Positions 6,934-15,883 of a stretch of 16,875 bases of DNA are shown here, piece after piece. Below the pieces are notes generated by a model, which saw only the letters and a program-made list of their open reading frames with translations, made no database searches and was not told where the DNA came from. The stretch comes from Nitrospinales bacterium (lineage in GTDB: Bacteria > Nitrospinota > Nitrospinia > Nitrospinales > JAJDAT01), in assembly GCA_046757665.1 (NCBI GenBank), contig JBHHYO010000059.1, forward strand, positions 1 through 16,875, written 5' to 3'. Each line of letters begins with the position of its first letter. Position 1 is the stretch's first letter. A program made the position numbers and the translations under genes.

Positions 6934-7752
6934 GTGGTGAGCATTCCATTCACGAAAATGAGCGGCGCGGGCAACGATTTCGTTATCATCGACAACCGCG
7001 AACCCGTCATCGAGCCCGGCCAGAAGCGGCAGTTCGTTAAAAAAGTGTGCGCCCGAAAAACGTCCGTGGGCGCCGACGGGGTGATATTTATCGAACCCTC
7101 CGAGCGGGCGGATTTCCGCTGGGACTTTTACAACGCCGACGGCAGTACGGCGGAAATGTGCGGCAACGGCGGCCGGTGCGTGGCCCGTTACGCCTTCGAG
7201 CACGGCATCGCCTCGCGCCGGTTGTCCTTTGAAACCCTCGCCGGCATCATCACGGCGGAAGTGGACGGCCCCAGCGTCAAGGTCAAGCTCTCCACGCCGC
7301 GCCGGCCACGGCAGGATATGGAGATCAAGCTGGAGGACGCCTCCTGCCTTGTGGACGCGCTCGACACGGGAGTGCCGCACGCCGTCATTTATTCCGATGA
7401 CGTCAGCCGGGAAGACATTCCGCGCATCGGCCGGGGCATTCGTTTTCACGAGGCGTTCGCCCCCGCCGGCACCAACGTGAACTGGGTGCAGGTGCTCGAC
7501 CCGCACTCCCTGAGAATCCGCACCTACGAGCGCGGCGTCGAGGGGGAAACCCTGGCGTGCGGCACCGGCGCCGTGGCGGCGGCCCTGCTGGCGGCGCGCC
7601 GACACAAGGTCGAACCGCCTATCCGCGTCGAAACCCGCGGCGGAGAATCCCTCACCGTGCATTTCCAAAACCCCGCCAACGGATCGTTCGGCGACGTATT
7701 CCTGGAGGGCATGACCAAAACCACATTCGAGGGCGTGATCGTTGAACTGTAA
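6934..7752 (+). CDS. dapF: Diaminopimelate epimerase
   Basis: FTKMSGAGNDF, GADG, NADGSTAEMCGNGGRC, GVPH, TYERGVEGETLACGTG; both catalytic Cys present. GTG start at 6934 or 6937. Confidence 0.97.
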   Translation: MVSIPFTKMSGAGNDFVIIDNREPVIEPGQKRQFVKKVCARKTSVGADGVIFIEPSERADFRWDFYNADGSTAEMCGNGGRCVARYAFEHGIASRRLSFETLAGIITAEVDGPSVKVKLSTPRRPRQDMEIKLEDASCLVDALDTGVPHAVIYSDDVSREDIPRIGRGIRFHEAFAPAGTNVNWVQVLDPHSLRIRTYERGVEGETLACGTGAVAAALLAARRHKVEPPIRVETRGGESLTVHFQNPANGSFGDVFLEGMTKTTFEGVIVEL

Positions 7753-7790
7753 CCGCGTTGTCCCCCAGCCCCCGTCTGCGGGAGGTTTCC

Positions 7791-8666
7791 ATGTTTAAGG
7801 GCTCCCTGGTCGCCATCGTCACGCCGTTGAAGGATGGAAAAGTCGACGAAGCCGCCCTGCGGGGGTTGATCGAGTTTCACATCGCCCACGGCACCCGCGG
7901 CATCGTGCCCTGCGGCACCACCGGCGAGTCGGCCACCCTGGACCACCAGGAACACATGGACGTCATCGCCATCACCGTGGACGCCTGCAAGGGAAAGGTT
8001 CCCGTGCTGGCGGGGACGGGCTCCAATTCCACGCGGGAAGCGGCGCAACTGACCCGGGGCGCGCAACAGGCCGGAGCCGACGGTTGCCTGCTGATCACTC
8101 CCTATTACAACAAACCCACGCAACAGGGGCTTTACGAACATTTCACCGCCGTCGCCGGGGAAACGGACCTGCCCATCATCCTGTACAACGTGCCGGGCAG
8201 AACCTCCGTCAACATGTTGCCGCAAACGGTGCAACGCCTGGCGGAAGTCAAGAACATCGTCGGCATCAAGGAAGCGTCCGGCAACTTGCAACAGATCGGC
8301 GAGATCATCTCGACGTGCGGCGACGGCTTCACCGTGTTGTCGGGCGACGACCAGTTGCTGTTGCCCATCCTGGCCATCGGTGGCAAGGGCGTGATCTCCG
8401 TCACCGCCAACGTGGTTCCGGAACAGATGGCGGCGCTTTGCGACCGGGCGGCGAACAACGAAATGGACGAGGCGCGCCGCCTGCATTACCGCCTCATGAA
8501 ACTCAACAACGCCATGTTCATCGAAACCAATCCGATTCCGGTCAAGACGGCGCTGTGGCTGATGGGAAAAGTCTCCCCGGAACTGCGGCCGCCCCTGTCG
8601 CCGCTTTCCGCCGATCACCTGGAAAGCCTGAAATCGACCTTGACCGACTATTCGCTGATCGGCTGA
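7791..8666 (+). CDS. dapA: 4-hydroxy-tetrahydrodipicolinate synthase
   Basis: GSLVAIVTP, CGTTGES, PYYNKP, LYNVPGRT, GIKEASG (Schiff-base Lys), SGDD, ETNPIPVK. ATG 7791 follows GGAGG. Confidence 0.97.
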   Translation: MFKGSLVAIVTPLKDGKVDEAALRGLIEFHIAHGTRGIVPCGTTGESATLDHQEHMDVIAITVDACKGKVPVLAGTGSNSTREAAQLTRGAQQAGADGCLLITPYYNKPTQQGLYEHFTAVAGETDLPIILYNVPGRTSVNMLPQTVQRLAEVKNIVGIKEASGNLQQIGEIISTCGDGFTVLSGDDQLLLPILAIGGKGVISVTANVVPEQMAALCDRAANNEMDEARRLHYRLMKLNNAMFIETNPIPVKTALWLMGKVSPELRPPLSPLSADHLESLKSTLTDYSLIG

Positions 8667-8699
8667 CCGGGCGGAACCGCGGAGCCGGGAGGAGACACC

Positions 8700-9509
8700 T
8701 TGATTAAAATTTTGATCATCGGCGCGGCGGGCAGAATGGGGCGCACCATCGCCGCCTGCATCGAGGACGCGCCGGATGCCGAGGTTTGCGCGGCGACGGA
8801 GTACGCGGGCAACCCCGCCCTCGGCGCCGACGTCGGCGACCTGGCGGGCATCGGCAAAAAGAATGTGATCCTCGGCGAGTCGCTGGACGCGGCCATGGCT
8901 GTCTGCGACGTGGCCATCGACTTCACCACGCCCGATTCCAGCATGGCGACCCTGCGCTCCGCCGTCAAAAACCAAAAGGCCCTGGTGGTGGGAACCACCG
9001 GATTTTCCGCCGCGCAAAAGGACGAGATCCGCCAGGCGGCGCGGGCCATTCGCTGTGTCCTGGCGCCCAACATGAGCATCGGCGTCAACGTGTTGTTCAA
9101 AATGGTGGGAGAAATGGCGAAGGTTCTGGGAGACGCCTACGACGTCGAAATCGTCGAGGCGCACCACAAATTCAAGAAAGACGCGCCCAGCGGCACCGCC
9201 GCCCGGCTGGCGGAGATCGCCGCCGAGGCCCTGGGCCGCGACCTCGAAAAGGACGGCGTCTACGGACGCAAGGGCATGAGCCCGGGCCGCGGCCCCAAGG
9301 AAATCGGCATCCACACCCTGCGCGCCGGCGACATCGTCGGCGAACACCGCGTGTTGTTCGGCGGCATGGGCGAGACCCTGGAAATCGCCCACCGCGCCCA
9401 AAGCCGCGAAACCTTCGCCCGCGGCGCCGTCGCCGCGGCGCAATGGATCGTCAGCCAGTCGCCGGGACTGTACGACATGCAGGACGTCCTCGGACTGCGC
9501 GACAAATAA
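8700..9509 (+). CDS. dapB: 4-hydroxy-tetrahydrodipicolinate reductase
   Basis: GAAGRMG, IDFT, VGTTG, APNMSIGVN, EAHHKFKKDAPSGTA, RAGDIVGEH, FARGA. TTG start after GGAGGAG. Confidence 0.97.
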   Translation: MIKILIIGAAGRMGRTIAACIEDAPDAEVCAATEYAGNPALGADVGDLAGIGKKNVILGESLDAAMAVCDVAIDFTTPDSSMATLRSAVKNQKALVVGTTGFSAAQKDEIRQAARAIRCVLAPNMSIGVNVLFKMVGEMAKVLGDAYDVEIVEAHHKFKKDAPSGTAARLAEIAAEALGRDLEKDGVYGRKGMSPGRGPKEIGIHTLRAGDIVGEHRVLFGGMGETLEIAHRAQSRETFARGAVAAAQWIVSQSPGLYDMQDVLGLRDK

Positions 9510-9510
9510 A

Positions 9511-10308
9511 ATGAAAACGGGGCGCGCCCAAGCCTCCAATACCATGAATCGCTTGCTTCGCCAATTCAGCGTCGATCGGAGAAGGTTCCTGGGTTTCACC
9601 GCCATGGCCCTGTCCGGCGCCCTGGGCTTCCTGTTCAGGGGCAAGGCGTTCGGCACCGTCGATTTCGGCAAAAACGAGAACATCCCGAAAAACTATATCC
9701 AGAACCGGGACACGCCGGGATTTTTCATCCGTAGCGCCAACCCCTTTCTGGGCGTCGATATCGAACGCTGGAGCCTGCAAGTCGGCGGCCTGGTGGAGCA
9801 TCCGATTGCCTTGACCTACGAAGACCTGTTCCAGTTCAAGCGCGTGTCGCAGGTGTCGCGCCTGAAATGCGTCGAATGCTGGTCCGCCAAGGCACGCTGG
9901 GAGGGATTCCCGCTGGCGGAGCTGATCGAGAAAGTCCGGCCCCGGCCCGCCGCCAGGTACGTTTACCTGCAATCCGCGGACTCCTATTACGAAAGCTATA
10001 CCTTGAAGGAACTGCTGAAGTCGCGGGTACTGCTGGCGCTTCGCATGGACGGCAAACCCCTGAGCCCGGAGCACGGGTTTCCACTGCGCCTGATCGCTCC
10101 GTTCAAGTACGGTTACAAAAACATCAAGTACATTACGCGCATCGACTTTATCGACTCCCGAAAACAGAATTACTGGGCGCGCTTCGGCCCCTACTCCGTT
10201 GACGGTACGATTCAGCCGGGCATCGACCATCCCCTGGACTTCAACAAAAAACCGCTACCCATCAACGGCGGCGAAGTGTTTCATTTTTTCGACAAACGAC
10301 CCACATGA
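9511..10308 (+). CDS. Tat-exported molybdopterin-dependent oxidoreductase (MsrP/YedY, sulfite oxidase family)
   Basis: Twin-arginine signal DRRRFLG; WSLQVGGLV; Mo-ligating Cys in RLKCVECWS; EHGFPLRLIAPFKYGYKNIKYITRI. Alternative start at 9544. Confidence 0.9.
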   Translation: MKTGRAQASNTMNRLLRQFSVDRRRFLGFTAMALSGALGFLFRGKAFGTVDFGKNENIPKNYIQNRDTPGFFIRSANPFLGVDIERWSLQVGGLVEHPIALTYEDLFQFKRVSQVSRLKCVECWSAKARWEGFPLAELIEKVRPRPAARYVYLQSADSYYESYTLKELLKSRVLLALRMDGKPLSPEHGFPLRLIAPFKYGYKNIKYITRIDFIDSRKQNYWARFGPYSVDGTIQPGIDHPLDFNKKPLPINGGEVFHFFDKRPT

Positions 10309-11042
10309 GCCCTCATGCCGGACGGCCGCTGTGTTTTCTCCTGATCGTCCTGTTGAGCGCCTGCTCCGAACCCGCCGTCGAGCAGATTCCCGTCCACGTG
10401 CCGAAAAACGTCACCGTGCCGCCGGACATGGTTTATATCCCCGCCGGAGAATTCATCATGGGCAGTCCGGGGGACCGGCGAACGCGGGGCGGCAAGACGG
10501 TGCGGCTCGGCGCCTATCTCATCGACCGTTACGAAACCACCCGCGAGCAATACCACGCCTTCCGTTCCGACTACGCCTTTTCGCCGCAAACGGCCCACTA
10601 TCCGGTCAGCCACGTCACTTACCATGACGCCGAGGCCTATTGCCGGTCAAAGGGCAGGCGACTGCCGACGGAGGCGGAATGGGAAAAAGCGGCGCGCGGC
10701 GCCGACGGCAGAAAATGGCCCTGGCGCATCTTTTTCCGCCACCCGAACGACGGCTTTTCCGGGTTCATCCCGGAACCGGTGGACAAGCGCGACGGCTGGG
10801 TCAGCCCTTACGGCGTTTACGGCATGGGTTATAACGTTTGGGAGTGGGTGGCGGACTGGTACGATTATGACGGAATGCCGGCGGAGCGGCGGGAAACACT
10901 CAAAGTCATCCGCGGCGGCCTCATCCAGACTCACCTGAATATCAAAACCAGTCCGACGTGGTTCCGCAACTACATGGACCCGGACCAGGAGTTCAACTTC
11001 ATCGGCTTCCGTTGCGCCGGGGATGTGAACCGGGCGGGTTAA
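10305..11042 (+). CDS. Formylglycine-generating-enzyme (SUMF1/EgtB/PvdO) domain lipoprotein
   Basis: Lipobox LLSAC; MVYIPAGEFIMGS; RLPTEAEWEKAARG; SPYGVYGMGYNVWEW; IRGG; IGFRC. ATGA overlap with the upstream gene. Confidence 0.9.
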   Translation: MSPHAGRPLCFLLIVLLSACSEPAVEQIPVHVPKNVTVPPDMVYIPAGEFIMGSPGDRRTRGGKTVRLGAYLIDRYETTREQYHAFRSDYAFSPQTAHYPVSHVTYHDAEAYCRSKGRRLPTEAEWEKAARGADGRKWPWRIFFRHPNDGFSGFIPEPVDKRDGWVSPYGVYGMGYNVWEWVADWYDYDGMPAERRETLKVIRGGLIQTHLNIKTSPTWFRNYMDPDQEFNFIGFRCAGDVNRAG

Positions 11043-13048
11043 CCGGTGGTCTCTCCCCGGCTCAGCAGTTCGGAGATGTCCTTGACCTTGACGGGCAGGT
11101 TTTTGCTCTTGACGGCGTCTTCCAGCATGAGCACGCAGAAGGGGCAGGAGACGGCGATGGTGTCGGGGTTGGTCTGCATGAGTTCGTCGATGCGGTTATG
11201 ACTCATTTTGACGCCGGTGTTTTCCTCGAGGAGGAAGCGCGCCCCGCCGGCGCCACAGCAGGCGCCGCGTTCGCGGCTGTTTTCCGGCTCGCGGGCGGCC
11301 TGCCCGCCGGCGGCGATGACGGCGCGCGGCGCGTCGTAGAGTTTGTTGTGTCGCCCCAGGTAACAGGAGTCGTGGTACACGACTTTCTCCGGGGACGTCC
11401 CGCCGGGCGCGATTTTGCCCTCGGCGATCAGGCGGCCCAGCAACTCGGAGTGATGAAAGACATCCAGCCGGGCGCCGAAGGCCGGGTACTCGTTTTTCAG
11501 GGCGTTGAAACAGTGCGGGCAGTGGGTGACGACTTTGGTCACGCCGTTTTCGCGGAACGTCGCGGCGTTTTGCGCGGCGAGCATGTCGAAGAGGTATTCG
11601 TTGCCGGCGCGCCGCGCCGGGTCGCCGGTGCAACCTTCCGCCTTGCCGAGGATGGAGAAATCGACCCCGGCGGTTTGCAGGAGTTTCACGACGGCGGTGG
11701 CGACTTGCTTGCCGCGGTTGTCGAACGAGCCGTTGCAACCGACGAAATAGAGGTATTCCGTCGGCTGGGCCTTGTCCCACAGGCGGACGCCGAGTTCCGC
11801 CGCCCAGTCGGCCCGGCTGTCGCGTCCGAATCCCCAGGGGTTGCCGTTGGTTTCCAGCGACTTGAACGCCCGGTTCAACTCGCGCGGGAAACGCGAGTCC
11901 ATCATCACCAGTCCGCGGCGCAGGTCGATCATCTTGTTGACGTACTGGATTTCGAGGGGGCACTCTTCCTCGCAGGCGCCGCAGGTGGTGCAGGACCAGA
12001 CGGTTTCGTCGGCGATGACGTCTCCGGCGAGGGCGGGGCGCGGGGTTTCGCCGCCGCCCAGCAAGTCCGGCGTCACCTGGTTCAGGTGGCCGCGCAGGGC
12101 GACGGTGAACTCTTTCGGCGACAGCGGCTTGCCGCTGTTCAGCGCCGGGCAGACCAGGTCGCACCGGCCGCATTCCGTGCAGGTGTGCAGGTCCAGCAAG
12201 CCTTTCCAGGAAAACTCCTCGATGCGGGTGACGCCGAACGTCTCTTGCGACTCATCCTCGAAGTCGAGCCGTGCCGGGGGTTCGGCATGACCGGAGACGT
12301 TGGCGAAATAGACGTTGGCAAACGAGGTGACGATATGAAAATGTTTCGAGCGCGGTAGTAAGTCGATGAAAACGAGGATGGCGGTGACGTGTCCCCAATA
12401 GGCGAAGTTGTGCCAGCCCTGGACCGCGGCAATCGGGCAATTGTTGAAAACCGCCTTGGCGGTGAAATAGCCCACCGGCGACCAGAGGGAGGCAGTGCCG
12501 GGATACAGCTCGAAAAACGCCGCTTCAAACAGGGCGTCGGTTATCATGATCAGGAGAATCAGCGCCAGGATGAGCAGGCCCTCGCCGGAAAGCGTCAGCC
12601 GTGGCGGCCGGGCGGCCAGCCGCCGGTACAAGGCGTACAGCACCGCGCCGGTCACCAGCAGAACAAAAATATCCTTGACGAAAATGTAAGCGTCCCAGAC
12701 CACGCCCAGGGAGCGGAACGGCAAGCCGGGGAAAAAGCCGATGGCGAAAAACTGCGCGGCGCGCAGTAACAGGATGCAGAATCCCCAGAAAATGAGGGCG
12801 TGCATCCACCCCGGCCCGGCTCGTTTGAGGAGTTTCGATTGCGCGAAGACGATTCGCAAGACGTGTCCCAGCCGTTTCAGGGGATTGCCGAACCGGGTTG
12901 CGTCGGCGGCTGAAAGGCGGAGGACTTTGTATTTGGGCCAGGCGGCGGCAAAAAACACCGCCAGCGAAAGCAGAACCAGCCCGCCCAGAACCAGGGGCTG
13001 ATAGTCTGCCGAAACCCATTCGACGGCGCGGTTTAGAGGTGCGTTCAT
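11039..13048 (-). CDS. Membrane-bound Fe-S oxidoreductase, FadF/HdrD-like (NarI-like membrane domain, 2x[4Fe-4S], two CCG domains)
   Basis: Multi-TM N-terminus with MHALIFWG, YWGH and SKHFH; CTECGRCDLVCP and CTTCGACEEECP; GCTGDP, HCPHC, HDSCYLGR, CCGAGG, SCPFC. Start uncertain (13048, 13060 or 13072). Confidence 0.9.
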   Translation of the reverse strand: MNAPLNRAVEWVSADYQPLVLGGLVLLSLAVFFAAAWPKYKVLRLSAADATRFGNPLKRLGHVLRIVFAQSKLLKRAGPGWMHALIFWGFCILLLRAAQFFAIGFFPGLPFRSLGVVWDAYIFVKDIFVLLVTGAVLYALYRRLAARPPRLTLSGEGLLILALILLIMITDALFEAAFFELYPGTASLWSPVGYFTAKAVFNNCPIAAVQGWHNFAYWGHVTAILVFIDLLPRSKHFHIVTSFANVYFANVSGHAEPPARLDFEDESQETFGVTRIEEFSWKGLLDLHTCTECGRCDLVCPALNSGKPLSPKEFTVALRGHLNQVTPDLLGGGETPRPALAGDVIADETVWSCTTCGACEEECPLEIQYVNKMIDLRRGLVMMDSRFPRELNRAFKSLETNGNPWGFGRDSRADWAAELGVRLWDKAQPTEYLYFVGCNGSFDNRGKQVATAVVKLLQTAGVDFSILGKAEGCTGDPARRAGNEYLFDMLAAQNAATFRENGVTKVVTHCPHCFNALKNEYPAFGARLDVFHHSELLGRLIAEGKIAPGGTSPEKVVYHDSCYLGRHNKLYDAPRAVIAAGGQAAREPENSRERGACCGAGGARFLLEENTGVKMSHNRIDELMQTNPDTIAVSCPFCVLMLEDAVKSKNLPVKVKDISELLSRGETTG

Positions 13049-13160
13049 GATGGTTTCCATGCGGCGCGGCAACGCCTGGCGTCCGAACCGGCACGGTACA
13101 GGTTGGCCCGGCTTGCCGGGCCAAAACGGCCCTTAATGGCGGCCCGCAAAGCAAAACCGT

Positions 13161-13188
13161 TTGAATTCAACCTGTGCCATGTTATAAT
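13161..13188 (+). promoter_or_regulatory. Predicted sigma70 promoter of the lipoprotein-HmuY unit
   Basis: TTGAAT (13161-13166), 16 nt, TATAAT (13183-13188) with extended TG (13180-13181). Confidence 0.6.
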
Positions 13189-13270
13189 TTCAATAACTTA
13201 GTTGAAGCCAGTTTAACCTTTGAGAGCTCGATTTGCCTATTTAAAACGAAGCGAATCGGGAAAATCCATC

Positions 13271-14170
13271 ATGGTCGCTCGCGCGTTTTTGATCTTTGGC
13301 ATGTTTTTGGCCCTTTTCCTGGTTTCCTGTCAAACGCAACGGGTTTCGGAACAGTTCCCGGTGGAAAATGCCCTGGCAAAACATCAGGGGGAGATCCATC
13401 CGCCGAATTTTTTCCCGGATTTCGATGCGCCGCCGATTCTTCATCGCTCCCTGAATCCTCTCATCGCGGATGAGGCCATGGAGCAACTTCCGTTTCCGGA
13501 TAAGGTGCAACACGTTGCCGGGCCGGTGGATTTCATGCCGCCGTACCGGCGGTTGCTGGCCTTGAAGTCGCGCGACTCCGTGCGCAGTGAAATATTCGAT
13601 CCGGTCGAATTCAGTAAAGTCAGAAAGATTACCATCGAACCGTTTCAAAACAAAACCACCGGCCCCAACCGGGATGCCAGCGCGGGACTCATCATGACGT
13701 CGCAAGCGTACCGGGAATTGCAGGACTCCGGCCGTTACCAGGTGGTCGATCCCTTTCAGTCCGAGGACATTCTGTTGAAAACCTCGGAAGCGAAGGCCGT
13801 GTTGGCCGCGACGGGTACGGAGGCGGCCGGCGATTTGACAGAGCCGCTTCCGAATACGGTCGTGGCGCCGTCGCCGAGCGAAGGTTCGGAAGCGATCCTG
13901 ACCGGAGCGGTCACCAAATTCGTTGACACCTACATCGACCGCCGCGGCCAGTTGCGGCACAGCATTGCCAGCGGGGTTGCTTTTGGCGCCTACCTGGTCA
14001 CCCCGCAGGGCAAGGTCATCTGGGGGGCGCGGTTTATCGGGTCGCAACACCAGAACTTCCGCGATTTGATAAAATACAAGGGCCGCTGGCTGAACAAGGA
14101 AGAGTTTTCCCGGTTCGCCATGAGGACGGTCTTAAAAGATTTCCACAAAAACGCCCATTCCACGGATTGA
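13271..14170 (+). CDS. Hypothetical lipoprotein (possible CsgG/LpoB/GNA1162-like fold)
   Basis: Hydrophobic N-terminus with lipobox FLVSC after ATG 13271; KITIEPFQN...EAILTGAVTKF...GKVIWG pattern reminiscent of CsgG/TolB-N-like lipoproteins. Family assignment tentative. Confidence 0.7.
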   Translation: MVARAFLIFGMFLALFLVSCQTQRVSEQFPVENALAKHQGEIHPPNFFPDFDAPPILHRSLNPLIADEAMEQLPFPDKVQHVAGPVDFMPPYRRLLALKSRDSVRSEIFDPVEFSKVRKITIEPFQNKTTGPNRDASAGLIMTSQAYRELQDSGRYQVVDPFQSEDILLKTSEAKAVLAATGTEAAGDLTEPLPNTVVAPSPSEGSEAILTGAVTKFVDTYIDRRGQLRHSIASGVAFGAYLVTPQGKVIWGARFIGSQHQNFRDLIKYKGRWLNKEEFSRFAMRTVLKDFHKNAHSTD

Positions 14171-14177
14171 TTGTTTA

Positions 14178-14930
14178 TTGACAGGAATACCCTTGGATAC
14201 CTTTTCGCGGAAAATCGATCCCGATGCAACCGCCGCGCTGAAAAAGAAACGGTTGTGGCGCAATATTTTTCTGCTCAATTTGTGCGTCACCATTTTCCTG
14301 ATCGGCATTTTCTGGGTTCCTCTGAAAGTTCTGGAGGTCGGCGACTTTTTCTCGTCGCCCAGCGTCAACCTGCCGAAAAAGGGCCGGATCGACAAAACGC
14401 TTCAAAACAACCCCGTGCCGGCGGTTTATGTTGCGAATCTGCTGGCGCCCAAAAGCGTTTTGATCAACGCTTCGTCGGAAGACGACTGGGTGTATTTCGA
14501 TTTTTCCCGGGGCTCCGTGGTTGATATTCATGATCCGAGTTCCCTGGAATGGGACCTGGCTTTCCGCAGGGGCAAAGTGATCACCAACGGCGGCGCCACC
14601 AACCGGTTCGGCTCCGCCGGGGCCAATGATTTGGGTACCGTCGATTTCGATACGCTGGCGGAAGCTCCAGCGGCCGAGTACACCGCGGATTCCGCAACGC
14701 GGACGGAAACCGAAAATAAAGTTCTGAAAAAATGGTATAAGTATAATTATATTACCCATAAGCTGACGGCCAAAAAGAATGTGTTTGCCGTTCGAACCGC
14801 CAAGGGCAAATACGCCAAGGTGCAGTTTCTGAGTTTTTATTGCGAAAACCGGGAAACGGGGTGCATCAGGATGCGGTACGTTTTCCAGGAAAACGGCGAC
14901 AACCGTTTTTCGAAAACGCCGGGTTCCTAG
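14178..14930 (+). CDS. HmuY-family (haem-binding) protein with N-terminal membrane anchor
   Basis: WVYFDF, WDLAFRR, NGG, WYKYNYITH, FAVRTAKGKYAKVQFLSFY, MRY are HmuY-family signatures; one hydrophobic helix near the N-terminus. TTG start uncertain. Confidence 0.85.
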   Translation: MTGIPLDTFSRKIDPDATAALKKKRLWRNIFLLNLCVTIFLIGIFWVPLKVLEVGDFFSSPSVNLPKKGRIDKTLQNNPVPAVYVANLLAPKSVLINASSEDDWVYFDFSRGSVVDIHDPSSLEWDLAFRRGKVITNGGATNRFGSAGANDLGTVDFDTLAEAPAAEYTADSATRTETENKVLKKWYKYNYITHKLTAKKNVFAVRTAKGKYAKVQFLSFYCENRETGCIRMRYVFQENGDNRFSKTPGS

Positions 14931-15078
14931 CGCTTCGTTGCAACAACAGGCAATCGAAACCTGTCGCCGCCCTGATGGGCACCTTCGGCCTTCGACAGAC
15001 TCAAAATGACAAGACAACCGACTTTTTCAGTAACCCTGCCAATACGTTAAAACCGCTTTTCGATTTCAAGGAGGATGC

Positions 15079-15651
15079 ATGGGAACATTAAAGGGAATGC
15101 TGTTCAACCAGTTTGCGGGAGATGGCTTGAATAGCCTGGTGGAGGAACTTCAGCAAAAATACAAACCCAAAAAAGGCCGCCGGTTCAATTATCAAAACGT
15201 CACCTACGAGATCGGCCGGCCGGTGCTGAAGGACGGCATGATCGAATTTGAAATCAGCTGTAAAATCCCCCAGGACGAAATCAAAAATCCCGCGGCGATG
15301 AAAGCCTATTTCTCCGAAATCAAAAAGATCGTCAATAAAGACAAGAACAAGCCCGTTTCCATCAAAATGGAAAACATCGTATGGGATTCCAAAAAAGACA
15401 CGGAAAAAGAAAGAGACTATGTGAAACTTCTTTACCAATATCCCCTGAACCAACTGTTCGACGACAAAGAGGTCATGAGGCGGTATGAGCAGTTCGCGAA
15501 AGGCTCCTACAAGGAACCCATTCCCGACGCTCCGGGGATCCTCACCATTCCGGGGAAGCTGACCCTGGTCATCGTTCGGGAAACCATCAAGAAAGCGTGC
15601 GAGAAACATATCGACAACCTGATCAACGCCAACAAACAAGTGCGCAATTGA
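15079..15651 (+). CDS. Hypothetical Lys-rich soluble protein, 190 aa
   Basis: AAGGAGG RBS upstream; protein-like composition; no motif recognised. Confidence 0.8.
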   Translation: MGTLKGMLFNQFAGDGLNSLVEELQQKYKPKKGRRFNYQNVTYEIGRPVLKDGMIEFEISCKIPQDEIKNPAAMKAYFSEIKKIVNKDKNKPVSIKMENIVWDSKKDTEKERDYVKLLYQYPLNQLFDDKEVMRRYEQFAKGSYKEPIPDAPGILTIPGKLTLVIVRETIKKACEKHIDNLINANKQVRN

Positions 15652-15669
15652 AGCCGGCCAGGATTTTTC

Positions 15670-15846
15670 ATGAATCCCATCAGATATTTTTTGGGCCGCG
15701 CCTTGCAGGCGCTGGGTTTTTTGACGATGACCTGGGTGGTTCTCAAATTCTTCACCGCGGCGAGCATGACATGGTTGCTGTACATGTCCGTATTGGGCAT
15801 GGTTGAATTTTACGGCGGGACCCTGTTGCTGGGGAAAAGCGAATAA
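15670..15846 (+). CDS. Small two-TM membrane protein, 58 aa
   Basis: Manual translation MNPIRYFLGRALQALGFLTMTWVVLKFFTAASMTWLLYMSVLGMVEFYGGTLLLGKSE*. It fills the gap between co-oriented genes, has two hydrophobic stretches and GC-rich third positions. Below the ORF-track size cutoff. Confidence 0.75.
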   Translation: MNPIRYFLGRALQALGFLTMTWVVLKFFTAASMTWLLYMSVLGMVEFYGGTLLLGKSE

Positions 15847-15883
15847 GGACCGGACTCCTCCCCCTGCGCGCCATCGAAGGCAG

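Noticed and set aside
7524-9683. 719-aa minus-strand ORF
   Set aside because: Antisense shadow of GC-rich dapF/dapA/dapB; no recognisable domain.
10958-12358. 466-aa plus-strand ORF and other long overlapping ORFs (319-1026, 3758-4597, 6649-7668, 13241-14050, 14175-15017, 15088-15639)
   Set aside because: Antisense shadows of well-supported genes, expected with high GC3.
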